Positions 40,062-49,820 of a stretch of DNA of 54,142 nucleotides are shown piece after piece (positions within the stretch are counted from its first letter, which is position 1; the number at the start of each line of letters is the position of its first letter). The stretch covers positions 1-54,142 of the forward strand of contig JBCKWI010000005.1 of the NCBI GenBank assembly GCA_038922795.1, read 5' to 3'. The notes beneath the pieces were generated by a model, which worked only from the letters and a program-made list of their open reading frames with translations, had not been told where the DNA came from and ran no database searches. This DNA is from Gammaproteobacteria bacterium. Its GTDB lineage: Bacteria > Pseudomonadota > Gammaproteobacteria > Eutrophobiales > Eutrophobiaceae. The translations under genes were made by a program, and so were the position numbers.

Positions 40062-40820
40062 TCAATTGTCTTGATATCCCGGCGAAATTATTTTATCTGC
40101 CTCAGGATCATAGGTCTGGCCGGTTTTTAATTTAATTTTTGTTTCGTTGATCGGGATTAGAATCTCAACATCTTCCGGTTTGATATTGTGCGCATCGATC
40201 TGGATATATTGATTAGCAAAATTGCCCTCATAGGTATTGGCGCTGTTAACCCACGCAGTGCTTTTGTTTCCTTTTCGGTATACCAGTCCATTGACGGTGA
40301 TGCCGCCAATGACGGGTTTTTCTTCTGCAACTTCTGGTTCCGGTTCCATGAAAATGATTTCTGGCGCTTTTTCTTCAACCGGTTTCTGATGGCGCAGTTT
40401 TTCCAGCGTATTACGTTGCTGTGGCGTGGTGAACAGGCGGCCGAGATCGTCATCGGCGAAGGCATTTGGTGCTAATGTAAATAACAATATCGCCATAGCA
40501 GCAAGCACGGACATTGAGTAGAAGATATTATTTACTGGATACTGGTCGCTACGGACATCGTGTCCTCTCGCGACATTTCCTACATCCTGTAGGTCGCCTT
40601 CGCCAGTATGACAGCTGAAAGAATTTTTAGATTTATTCAGAGGTTCCTTAACATTACACCCCCATCCTGCCTCGGCTTTGGCTTCCTGCGTCGCTCTACC
40701 GCCTGCATCCATGCAGGCGTTCTCCCTTAAAAGGGGAAGGTGCTTTATGCTCGAAATGACAGGGCAGAGAAGATTTATCGTTCTTGCTCGAAATGACAGC
40801 TTGTGTATATATCGTTTCAT
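40062..40820 (-). CDS. Exported pilus-associated protein (LGRLFTT type) with repeat-derived N-terminal extension
   Basis: LGRLFTTPQQR..LE; ATG overlaps the upstream stop (ATGA); alternative start at 40514. Confidence 0.75.
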   Translation of the reverse strand: MKRYIHKLSFRARTINLLCPVISSIKHLPLLRENACMDAGGRATQEAKAEAGWGCNVKEPLNKSKNSFSCHTGEGDLQDVGNVARGHDVRSDQYPVNNIFYSMSVLAAMAILLFTLAPNAFADDDLGRLFTTPQQRNTLEKLRHQKPVEEKAPEIIFMEPEPEVAEEKPVIGGITVNGLVYRKGNKSTAWVNSANTYEGNFANQYIQIDAHNIKPEDVEILIPINETKIKLKTGQTYDPEADKIISPGYQDN

Positions 40821-41443
40821 GATGAGAGATTAATATCACTCCCGTTTGGTTTTTTTATATTCAGCCATCTGAGTTCACATTCCGCGGAAATGTTAACCTT
40901 GGTTGCATTTTCAATACTGATTTCGCCGGATCGCCGGATCATGCATGTTGAGATATTATATGTTCCCGGCGCCTCGGCGCTTAATGTATCAAGCAGTTTT
41001 TTCAGGTCGCCCTCATGCAATAAATCGATATTAAGTTTCATGGAGCTGCTGTATATCTGGAAAGAGCCTGTATTGATTGAATAATCAGGAACAAACCTGG
41101 ACTGTGACTCAATTCCATATCTCAAGGCAGGCAGTTTGATATAGTCGCCTGCTCTTCGCAGCGTTTCGATCCAGCTGAGCCTGCGTTCCGGGCCGATAAT
41201 GCCCTTATCGTGCAGTTTGATAAATTCGGGATAATACTGCCTGATGAGTTTCTCTTCCTGATCTATGTCGAGATACTGGTTGCTTATATTCTGAAACCGG
41301 CTTTTCTGCCTGTTATGTTCAAGCAACATTTTATCTTTGTAATACCAGGTAGCACTGATCAACGTACCGCTGACCAAAATGCTGATCATGAAGATTATGA
41401 TCGCGCCTTGCAGGACTGACCAGTCTATTTTTTCAGCCTTCAT
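40817..41443 (-). CDS. PilO-like alignment protein
   Basis: N-terminal TM, coiled coil, LLHEGDL; operon position. Confidence 0.7.
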   Translation of the reverse strand: MKAEKIDWSVLQGAIIIFMISILVSGTLISATWYYKDKMLLEHNRQKSRFQNISNQYLDIDQEEKLIRQYYPEFIKLHDKGIIGPERRLSWIETLRRAGDYIKLPALRYGIESQSRFVPDYSINTGSFQIYSSSMKLNIDLLHEGDLKKLLDTLSAEAPGTYNISTCMIRRSGEISIENATKVNISAECELRWLNIKKPNGSDINLSS

Positions 41444-43043
41444 GACGTATCCCCAATACCAGTCTCACGGAAAAATTTGCCGTGCCGGGCGCGGCATTCG
41501 AAACGCCCTGCAAACTGGCGCTTGAGCTGACATCTAGTGGCAGGGTGACAATGCTGACATCATGCACTGATGGTATGTTGCGTAATGTTTCCGCGAACCT
41601 GTTAATCATGTCCAGTGCTTCACGGTAGTTGCCATCGAAAGGACTGATATGGCCTTTCATGGCCGCTATCTGGTAATAATTATAGCCAGTGTCAACTGTG
41701 CCTATGTTACTCACTCCTACCACTCCCTGATCAGGATTGCCTGTATCAACATCGCTGATCTTGCGGTTGGGGTCCGCACTGGCGGCCAGGGCGATCTCAT
41801 CGATCTGGACCAGTGGAAACTGATCCATCCCCTTGCTGATGACCTTCAGCACATCAAAAGGGTCCGTCTTGTGTTTGCTCACGGTATCGGCAATATTAAC
41901 AACCAATTGAAGCTCTGCCGGGGTAACCGGCGTATCGGGCAGTTTTTCCCGCGCAAGCTGGTATCGCTCGCTGTAGAACTCTGATTTTTTGGCTGCGATC
42001 TCCGCCTGTTTTTTATTGACTACCGCATTCATGAAATTAAACCCGCCCCAGATCATGCCAGCCAGCATCATGCATACACTTGCTGCATACATGAAGCGGC
42101 CCGCCTTTAACATCTGGAAATAGCGTCTTTCTTCCGGCAATGCATAATAATTGTCCGGCCTGAGTTTTAGTAAATGGAAATTGAAGAGTTGATCGCTGAA
42201 CGGGGTGGTTATTCCGCGGACATTGCCTTGCTGTTCACCGAATGCATTGACATCAAGGTAATAATTCAAAATTGACGGGGATTGCGTCGATAATTTTCTG
42301 ATTTCGCCCAGTAGTTTTGGATCTGCCAGATAATAAATGTGCAATGGCTTGTCTATGTCGATCAGGCGTATGCTGTTCAGGTAGCGGCGTATGATTTCAA
42401 CTTCTTCAATGATGACCGGTGCGTAGGGCTGGGTGCCATAACGTGGCATATCAACCAGGCGGCTGATTTTAAGCTTCTGTTTGAGAAAAAATGTCTGCCT
42501 GAGTCCACTGATGCTTTGCAGGCTGGTAACCAGCATATGATCCGCCGGGTCAGGCAAGTATTTGATTAAATGTTTCGTCAATTGCGGTATGGAGTAAATA
42601 CCCGCCAGAGGTATCTTGTTCTCATGCAGAAGTTTTACCCAGGGAGAGATGAGATCAGGGTTGGTCAAACCCATGAACAGGATGCGATCATCCTTGCGGC
42701 CATCTACTTCCCGGTCCTGTATATCGGCATAGAAATAGGGCGTATCGCGGAACAACCGCGTCTTTTTTCTGCCGATGATGGCCTTTCTGTCACCGCCAAA
42801 GACATGCGGGATCGTATCTTGCCGGTATTCTTCTTCTACAAGATCAATCAGAAACCAGGTGGCTATCCTGCCGGTTTCCTTGAGATACCGATCAAAATAT
42901 TTCTGGCCGTCCGCGGACACATCGAACAAATAGGAACTGCCAAGTTTGCCGTTGGCCCAATGATATATCTCGAGCTTGTCCGCGCTCAGGAAAATAGAAC
43001 GCTGTGGCGATTTATCAAATCTTGACTTTAGAGATGAGATCAT
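41433..43043 (-). CDS. PilM/PilN-like fused assembly protein
   Basis: Cytoplasmic domain, single TM, periplasmic domain; GLRQTFF. Confidence 0.65.
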   Translation of the reverse strand: MISSLKSRFDKSPQRSIFLSADKLEIYHWANGKLGSSYLFDVSADGQKYFDRYLKETGRIATWFLIDLVEEEYRQDTIPHVFGGDRKAIIGRKKTRLFRDTPYFYADIQDREVDGRKDDRILFMGLTNPDLISPWVKLLHENKIPLAGIYSIPQLTKHLIKYLPDPADHMLVTSLQSISGLRQTFFLKQKLKISRLVDMPRYGTQPYAPVIIEEVEIIRRYLNSIRLIDIDKPLHIYYLADPKLLGEIRKLSTQSPSILNYYLDVNAFGEQQGNVRGITTPFSDQLFNFHLLKLRPDNYYALPEERRYFQMLKAGRFMYAASVCMMLAGMIWGGFNFMNAVVNKKQAEIAAKKSEFYSERYQLAREKLPDTPVTPAELQLVVNIADTVSKHKTDPFDVLKVISKGMDQFPLVQIDEIALAASADPNRKISDVDTGNPDQGVVGVSNIGTVDTGYNYYQIAAMKGHISPFDGNYREALDMINRFAETLRNIPSVHDVSIVTLPLDVSSSASLQGVSNAAPGTANFSVRLVLGIRHEG

Positions 43044-44220
43044 AAATCGGTCCTAATACGGAAAACATAACCCAGCCGATAATCGTGCCGAGCACAACAG
43101 TCATTGCAGGTTCAATCATGGTCTGTACTTTCTCAATAGATTCTTTAATGTCGCGGGTATAGAAATAACTGATATTCAGCAATGCGCCTTCCAATGCGCC
43201 TGTGTTCTCCCCTACCCTGATCATTCGCAACACCAGAGGCGGGAATAATCTGGCCTTCTCAAAACTCCTGCTCAGGGTTTCGCCTTCCGCAATCAATTGC
43301 CCGACCTGGCGCATGGCCTCTTCAATGACCTTGTTGCCGACAATCTGCTCGCCGGTGCGGATACATTCAATAATGGTTATTCCCGAGGCATACATCATGG
43401 CAAAAAAACTGGTCAGACGGGTCAGGATAATCTTTTTCAGAATCGGCCCGATGATCGGGGTCTTCAATTTCAGCGCATCGACATTATAACGGAATGAAGG
43501 GCTCACCCTGATACCTACCATAATTGCTATATACAATAAAACCGGCAACGATAAAATCAGGTACCAGTAATTTACGAACACATTGGAGACTACTATCAGT
43601 GCCTTGGTATGCGCTGGCAGTTCCTGCCCCATGGTTTTTACGAATGTGAGTAATTCAGGAACCAGATAAATCATAAGAAAAAACACAACCGCGATGACTA
43701 CACTGCCTACCACTACCGGATAGATAAGCAACTTCTTGGTTTGCGCTGCTGTTTCATCCTGCCACTTCAGGTTTTCACCAATGTTAAAAAATACCTGTGT
43801 AATTTCACCTGACTGCTCGCCTGCCCGTACCAGTGCACTGAATATTCTATCAAACACAGCCGGATAATCGCGCATGGCGTCTGACAGTGTTTTACCACCT
43901 TCAATGGATTCAATCATCGAGGCAATCACTTCACGCAGCCGTGGGTTTTCAGTACTGTCCCGGAGGTCCTGCAGGCTTTCCAGGATGGGCACGCCGGCGC
44001 GACTGGTTTGTTCAAGGTGAAAACAGAAGGTGATCAAATCCCGGCGCGTTACACCGGCGCCGGTAATTCTCTGGGTACTGGAGCCCAGTTCTTTATAATT
44101 AATCAGGTCCAGACCCATCTTGGTCAGGCGCGCCTCAAGGTCAGCGATATTGACGGCATCAACCTTGCCGTTATGTATCCTGCCGTTATCGTCGATTGCC
44201 TTGTATTTGTATGCTTCCAT
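43015..44220 (-). CDS. PilC/GspF/MshG platform protein
   Basis: AGEQSG, YP, GENTG.L, IEP, PIY. Confidence 0.93.
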   Translation of the reverse strand: MEAYKYKAIDDNGRIHNGKVDAVNIADLEARLTKMGLDLINYKELGSSTQRITGAGVTRRDLITFCFHLEQTSRAGVPILESLQDLRDSTENPRLREVIASMIESIEGGKTLSDAMRDYPAVFDRIFSALVRAGEQSGEITQVFFNIGENLKWQDETAAQTKKLLIYPVVVGSVVIAVVFFLMIYLVPELLTFVKTMGQELPAHTKALIVVSNVFVNYWYLILSLPVLLYIAIMVGIRVSPSFRYNVDALKLKTPIIGPILKKIILTRLTSFFAMMYASGITIIECIRTGEQIVGNKVIEEAMRQVGQLIAEGETLSRSFEKARLFPPLVLRMIRVGENTGALEGALLNISYFYTRDIKESIEKVQTMIEPAMTVVLGTIIGWVMFSVLGPIYDLISKVKI

Positions 44221-44269
44221 CGGGACCCTTGTTTACCGTTTGTTCACGGATACTACTTCAACCTGCTGC

Positions 44270-44435
44270 GCCTTCCCCCTGGCAGGGGGAAGGTTGGGAT
44301 GGGGGTTGAGTTTCAGCCATTCCTGAGATTTCACCCCCACCTCGACAACTGTTCCCGGCGTTGTTCTCGGTCTCCGCTCCAGACTCGACTCTACCTCCTC
44401 CTTCCTTGGAGTCGTCGCTTCGCTCGGAATGACAA
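44270..44435. repeat. Chimeric repeat: MITE core + half 48-bp module (44342-44366) + full module (44367-44414) + REP arm
   Basis: Left part repeats 44510-44579; ends TCGCTTCGCTCGGAATGACA. Confidence 0.8.
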
Positions 44436-44455
44436 ATGAATATTCATGTTAATTA

Positions 44456-44679
44456 GAACCTATCTCAAAATTAGTTTTCCGCTCTTTTGACGGAAGCAAT
44501 AATCCACTGCGCCTTCCCCCTGGCAGGGGGAAGGTTGGGATGGGGGTTGAATTTCAGCCATTCCTGAGATTTCACCCCCTCGACAACTGCTCCCGGCGTT
44601 GTTCTAACTCCTGCATCCATGCAGTCGACCTCAATCCTCCCCCGTCAAGGGGGAGGAAGTTTAATTTTGAGACAGGTTC
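44456..44679. mobile_element. 224-bp MITE = 176-bp form plus a 48-bp module (44580-44627)
   Basis: Same TIRs as 35763-35938; length differs by exactly 48. Confidence 0.88.
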
Positions 44680-44690
44680 TAATAAATTCT

Positions 44691-46406
44691 TCACTTCTGT
44701 TTTATCCTGCTGGTCAAATCAATGACACGTGACATTTCTTCCAGTGATGTTGAACCATCCAGCACCCGTGCCGAGCCTGAATCCGCCAGGGTCTTGAATC
44801 CTTTCGACAAGGCGGCGCGCATGAGTTCACGCTGGGTACCGCGCCGGGCAATGATGTCGTCCAGGTCAGTATCGAGATGCAGGATTTCCAGGATTGCCAA
44901 TCTGCCCCTGTAGCCTTGCCCTTCACATTGCTGGCAACCTTTGGCACGATAGGTAGATTGATGTTTATCCGTTACCTTCAAGTTTAGCAGCGTCCGCTCC
45001 AGTTCACTCATTTCGTAAGACTCTTTACAAACGGGACAAAGCTTTCGCACCAGCCGCTGTGCGATTATCCCGATGATGTTACCGGCCAGAATGTCCGGTT
45101 TTATGCCGATATCCATGAGGCGTGGTATCGCCGCCAGAGCCGAATTGGTATGCAGGGTTGAAAACACCTGATGTCCGGTCATCGCGGCGCGCAAGGCCAT
45201 GCTGGCCGTATCTTCATCACGAATTTCACCGACCAGAATAATATCCGGATCCTGGCGCATCATGGAACGGATACCGCTGGCAAAATCCAGCCGGGATGTT
45301 TCACTGGCCGAGGTCTGGCGGATCATGCTGGTGGGGTATTCCACCGGGTCTTCCAGGGTCATGATATTGACTGATTCGCTGTTCAGATAATGCAGAATGG
45401 AATAGAGCGTTGTGGTCTTGCCGCTGCCGGTGGGGCCGGTGATCAGGATAATGCCCTCCGGACGGGAAACCATGATCTTCAATATATTGAGCGCATCATC
45501 CTTGAGACCGAGTTTTTCCAGGGCGACAATACCACTCTGGCGATCCAGCACACGCAGGACAATATTTTCGCCATGTACCGTGGGTAATGTTGAAACACGG
45601 AAATCAACCGGGCGCCCGGAGAGAGAAAGCGAGATACGTCCATCCTGCGGGGAACGGGTTTCGGCAATGTCCATACCGGCCATGACTTTTAAACGCACGG
45701 CAATCGCTGACCAGTAATTTTTATGGATGCTGCGGATCTGGCGCAAGACTCCGTCAATTCGATAGCGGAACCTGAGGAAACCTTCTTCCGGCTCAAAGTG
45801 GATGTCCGAGGCACGGCGCTTGACCGCATCCGCCAGCAATGCGTTCACCAGACGCACTACCGGCTGGCTGTATTCATCGCTTTCCGCATCCAGACTTTGA
45901 TAATCGATCTCGCCGGTCTCGATCTCTTTCAGGATGCCATCAACGGATAATTCAAAACCATAAAACTGATCAATACATTTTTCTATTTCCGCTTCACCAG
46001 CAAGCACAGGTATTAATTCTATCTCCCTGCCAACCTGGACACTGACCTGATCCAGCACGACCACGTTAAATGTATCCGTCATGGCGATGGTCAGCTTCTT
46101 GTTTGCACTGTCATAAGTCAGTGGCAAGACATGCAGGCGGCGGGCCAGTGCTTTGGGCACCAATGTGACTGCATCACCGTCGGCAACGGCATTTTCCAGA
46201 TTGACACTGACCTGACCGATAACGCCACCAATGACATCGCGAATGATAGACTCTGTTGCAAATCCCAAACGCACCAGTATCTTGCCGAGTTTTTCCTTGC
46301 TTTTTTTCTGTTCCATCAGCGCAATTTCAATCTGATCGGGCGTGGTGACACCTTGCTGAACAAGGATCTCTCCCAGGCGTTGGACCTTTTTATTCTGGAG
46401 ACTCAC
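44691..46406 (-). CDS. PilB/GspE/MshE extension ATPase with MshEN-like N-terminus
   Basis: RLGEILVQQG, ASDIHFEP, GPTGSGKTT, RQDPD, CxxC pairs. Confidence 0.95.
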   Translation of the reverse strand: MSLQNKKVQRLGEILVQQGVTTPDQIEIALMEQKKSKEKLGKILVRLGFATESIIRDVIGGVIGQVSVNLENAVADGDAVTLVPKALARRLHVLPLTYDSANKKLTIAMTDTFNVVVLDQVSVQVGREIELIPVLAGEAEIEKCIDQFYGFELSVDGILKEIETGEIDYQSLDAESDEYSQPVVRLVNALLADAVKRRASDIHFEPEEGFLRFRYRIDGVLRQIRSIHKNYWSAIAVRLKVMAGMDIAETRSPQDGRISLSLSGRPVDFRVSTLPTVHGENIVLRVLDRQSGIVALEKLGLKDDALNILKIMVSRPEGIILITGPTGSGKTTTLYSILHYLNSESVNIMTLEDPVEYPTSMIRQTSASETSRLDFASGIRSMMRQDPDIILVGEIRDEDTASMALRAAMTGHQVFSTLHTNSALAAIPRLMDIGIKPDILAGNIIGIIAQRLVRKLCPVCKESYEMSELERTLLNLKVTDKHQSTYRAKGCQQCEGQGYRGRLAILEILHLDTDLDDIIARRGTQRELMRAALSKGFKTLADSGSARVLDGSTSLEEMSRVIDLTSRIKQK

Positions 46407-46421
46407 TTTTTATACTTTAAA

Positions 46422-48116
46422 TTATTGATTTGAAACTTGTGTCAGGTCGTTGACACGGGCCAGCACATTGGCAGTGTTGAAACTCACCTGTGTCGAATCA
46501 GTCAGCTCAAGTGCCTTGTTATAATATTCTATTGCCGCCCGCGACTGCCCGATATGATCAAGACTTACGGCAAGATTATAGGCGTAATCCGGATTATCCG
46601 GTTGCAGGCGGTGGGCCTCAAAAAATGCCTGTTGCGCTTCAGGCCAACGTGACTGGGCTGCATAATTATTACCCAGCGCAAAATGCAGGAAAGCAGTGTC
46701 AGGCTGTTCCCGGAGCATGAGTTTTATCGTGCTCTCGTTTTTCAGCGGATCAGTATTATCCTGAAGACTGATCATCCCGGTGATTGCCACAACATCTCTG
46801 GGATAAAGTTTCAGGACTTTAAGATAATACTCATAGGCGCCCCGCACATTTCCCTTACGCCAGGCAATGGCGGCATTACCCAACAGGGCATCACGGTTCT
46901 CCGGCATGGTCTTCAACACTTCCTGATATGCCGCTTCTGCTTGTATAAAATTACCTGCGTTATATTGAGCATAGGCGGCATTGATCAGTTGATCTTTTTT
47001 GTCCGCTGATTTTGTGCGGCTGATGGCAATGGCCTGTTCGTCGACCTGTATCTTTTCAGGCAATATATTATTTTCTTCCGGCATACTCTGCGTTGCCGTT
47101 GCCGTTGCCTCAATAACAGGTGGTTTCCAGTCCGCAACTTCAGGTCCGGATATGGCCATTGGTCCAGGTTCACCTGCTGCAACCTCAGGCTGCTCAGATC
47201 CCGCAACCGGTGCGGCCGGGGATTCCATCGTTGCTATGGTTGCTGCCTCCGGCAAGACGGCGCTTGCGGATACTGGTGCTTCTTCCGCCGGCAACGGGAC
47301 AACAAATGCCGGTAGCGCGTCAACTTCCACCCCTTGCGCGACTAATGGAGAAGAAACTTCCGGCGTTAAAGGTGTGATCTTGAGATAATAAAACGTGCCA
47401 GCGGCAGCCATAATGACGGCAAACAATCCAAGGAAAACCACCCACTCCATAACTTTCCGTTGACCGGAAACACCGCCAACCGCACTGAACACAGTCTGGG
47501 CTGCAACCGGTGTAGGGGCTGTCTTGCCAAGGCTGCCGATATCTCTGGCCAGTTCGGCGGCACTGATGACTGATTTGAAGGAGCGGCTGCCGCTTAACGT
47601 ATCCGTAAACTTGTCTTTGAGCAGGTCATCGCCTGTATCATCAAACGGAGGAATTGAATCCTCTTCTATACTAATATCCGTCAGGGCAAATGATTTATCG
47701 TCGCCCGGCGTGGGTTGCTTTTCATCATTTAAATCATGCTCATCAAATGATCCGGAAAGACCGGCATGTTCAATGGTGACATCTTCCAGGAACAATGATT
47801 CAGGTTCAGTTTTTTTAGCGCCCGGATGGGTTGTTGATAACTCTGGACCAGGTTTATGTTCGACTGTGTTCTCATCAAGCGCCGGGAGGGACAGCCCTGA
47901 AGAGCTTTTTTTTTCTGTAACGATTGATGATCCTGCCTGTCTGGTTTCTTCTTTTGACGGCCCGTCCTTTTGCCACGGTGTTTCCGCCGTATCCTGCTGA
48001 TCATCCGACTGCAGTTTAATCTGCTCGCCGGTCCTTTCCTGGGCTTCCTTGAGTCGTTTGGCTGCCTCCTTTTTTTCCTGTTCCGCCTTTTTCAAGGCAT
48101 CCATTAACAGGCTCAC
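46422..48116 (-). CDS. TPR protein (MshN-like), single TM
   Basis: MSLLMDALKKAE start; C-terminal TPRs (FALGN, YNLAVSLD). Confidence 0.8.
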   Translation of the reverse strand: MSLLMDALKKAEQEKKEAAKRLKEAQERTGEQIKLQSDDQQDTAETPWQKDGPSKEETRQAGSSIVTEKKSSSGLSLPALDENTVEHKPGPELSTTHPGAKKTEPESLFLEDVTIEHAGLSGSFDEHDLNDEKQPTPGDDKSFALTDISIEEDSIPPFDDTGDDLLKDKFTDTLSGSRSFKSVISAAELARDIGSLGKTAPTPVAAQTVFSAVGGVSGQRKVMEWVVFLGLFAVIMAAAGTFYYLKITPLTPEVSSPLVAQGVEVDALPAFVVPLPAEEAPVSASAVLPEAATIATMESPAAPVAGSEQPEVAAGEPGPMAISGPEVADWKPPVIEATATATQSMPEENNILPEKIQVDEQAIAISRTKSADKKDQLINAAYAQYNAGNFIQAEAAYQEVLKTMPENRDALLGNAAIAWRKGNVRGAYEYYLKVLKLYPRDVVAITGMISLQDNTDPLKNESTIKLMLREQPDTAFLHFALGNNYAAQSRWPEAQQAFFEAHRLQPDNPDYAYNLAVSLDHIGQSRAAIEYYNKALELTDSTQVSFNTANVLARVNDLTQVSNQ

Positions 48117-49780
48117 GGACTTGCCACTCCCCGTGCACCAGGCACTGTTGACTGTTGATCCAGAAATGTATTGTAAAAATTCAGATCGCTATCAAGGCTC
48201 GGGTTACGTATTACTAATGGCCTGATAAAGATGACTGTTTCAGTTTTACTATATTCAATATTGCGCGTTTTGAACAGATTTCCTAACAAACCTAGTTTAG
48301 AAGTACCGGGAAGACCTGCATCCCTTACTGAAGACCGGTCCTCCATCAATCCGCCAAGTATCGCAACCTGCCCGCTGTTGAGCCTGATGATTGATTCCAT
48401 CTCCTGTGAAACGGTTTCCGGGATAAAATTATCAAGAATCGTTGCTGTTCCCCCACCAGCAGCAGGTACCGGTATCGCCTTTTTCACGCCTGTATCACGT
48501 GAAATGGTCGGGCGCACCAGCAGAATGATCTCATCATTCTCCGCAATGTGGGGAGTGATCGTCATGACGATACCAATTGGCAGTTGGTGTATCGTCGTGT
48601 CAAACGACTGGGTAGTTCCCGCCACACTTGTCGCGGTACTACCTTCGACAGTAAAGAATACCTTGTTTTCAATACGCTTAAGTATGGCTGTCTGGTTATT
48701 CAGCGCCATCAATTGCGGGCTGGACAATACCTTGACATTACCAAACTCTTCCAGCAACTGGAGTGTCGCTTCTGTATCAGAATCTTCGTAATTCACAACC
48801 AGACCCTTAGCCCCTGATATTGCCGCTGCTGCGAGTGTCCCAAAGCCTGTTCCCAAAGTGCTGGAAGTAATAGCAAATGCGCCAAGTTCTAGAGATTTCC
48901 AGTCTATGCCGGCCTGGTATTCATCACTCAAACCAACTTCAACAATCGTGATCTGGATAAGTACCTGGCGCCGGACATTATTCATGACCTTGTCGATGAA
49001 TGCCTGAATCTGCTCATGTTGTTTTGTGGTTGCATTGACCGAGATCGTCCCGGTTTCCGGGCTGGTGATCACTGCATCCGAGATCGGGACTTCACTACCC
49101 GATGAGGCAGTAACTTTTTCGCCTATGATGGCCTGAATATTATTGGTGATCGCCACCCAGAAACGGTTTAAAGACGTACTGGTCAGATCCGTCGTTGAAT
49201 TATTCCCGGAGAATGCGCCGCCGCCCTGTCCGCCGCCCTCACTGCCACCAACACTGGTGGTAGCCAGGGATGTCGCCACGGTATTGGTATTTACCGTATC
49301 GCGGGCAATATTCAGATAATCAATTTTATAGGTTCTGAAGAAGGGTAAATCCGGCTCAACAAACAGATTATCGCCCTGGTATTCGTAGCGCATATCAACC
49401 TGGCGGCCGATGCGGTCCAGGATCTGGGGCAGGGTTTGATCAACCGCGTTGATAGTGACATTGCCATCGATGCGCGGATCGATATCGACATTGATCTTGG
49501 CGTCGCGGGCCAGCGCGAACAAGAGTTCCTTGGCCGGCACTTCATTCACCACCACGGTATATTTTTCCTGTTCCACGGGGGGTTGTGGCGCGGGCAGGAT
49601 GGGGGTTTTCTGGACCAGTTCCGGGATTTGTCCGGCTGGTTTTGTGTCGCTCTTTATATGGCCAGCCGACGGTTCGAAGGGTTTGGGTTCAATTTCGGCA
49701 CAACCAAACACCAGAAACGCCACAAGGCCGAACAGCACCGGTTTTAACTTGTTCAACTCCATATCCCCCATATAGCCCAT
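48113..49780 (-). CDS. Lipidated secretin (MshL-like)
   Basis: VFGC lipobox; RQVLI..TIVEV, VLSSP, LNNQTA, LGGLM. Confidence 0.9.
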   Translation of the reverse strand: MGYMGDMELNKLKPVLFGLVAFLVFGCAEIEPKPFEPSAGHIKSDTKPAGQIPELVQKTPILPAPQPPVEQEKYTVVVNEVPAKELLFALARDAKINVDIDPRIDGNVTINAVDQTLPQILDRIGRQVDMRYEYQGDNLFVEPDLPFFRTYKIDYLNIARDTVNTNTVATSLATTSVGGSEGGGQGGGAFSGNNSTTDLTSTSLNRFWVAITNNIQAIIGEKVTASSGSEVPISDAVITSPETGTISVNATTKQHEQIQAFIDKVMNNVRRQVLIQITIVEVGLSDEYQAGIDWKSLELGAFAITSSTLGTGFGTLAAAAISGAKGLVVNYEDSDTEATLQLLEEFGNVKVLSSPQLMALNNQTAILKRIENKVFFTVEGSTATSVAGTTQSFDTTIHQLPIGIVMTITPHIAENDEIILLVRPTISRDTGVKKAIPVPAAGGGTATILDNFIPETVSQEMESIIRLNSGQVAILGGLMEDRSSVRDAGLPGTSKLGLLGNLFKTRNIEYSKTETVIFIRPLVIRNPSLDSDLNFYNTFLDQQSTVPGARGVASP

Positions 49781-49820
49781 GAACTGGACTCTTGATTATA
49801 AACTACCAAACAATAATCCT

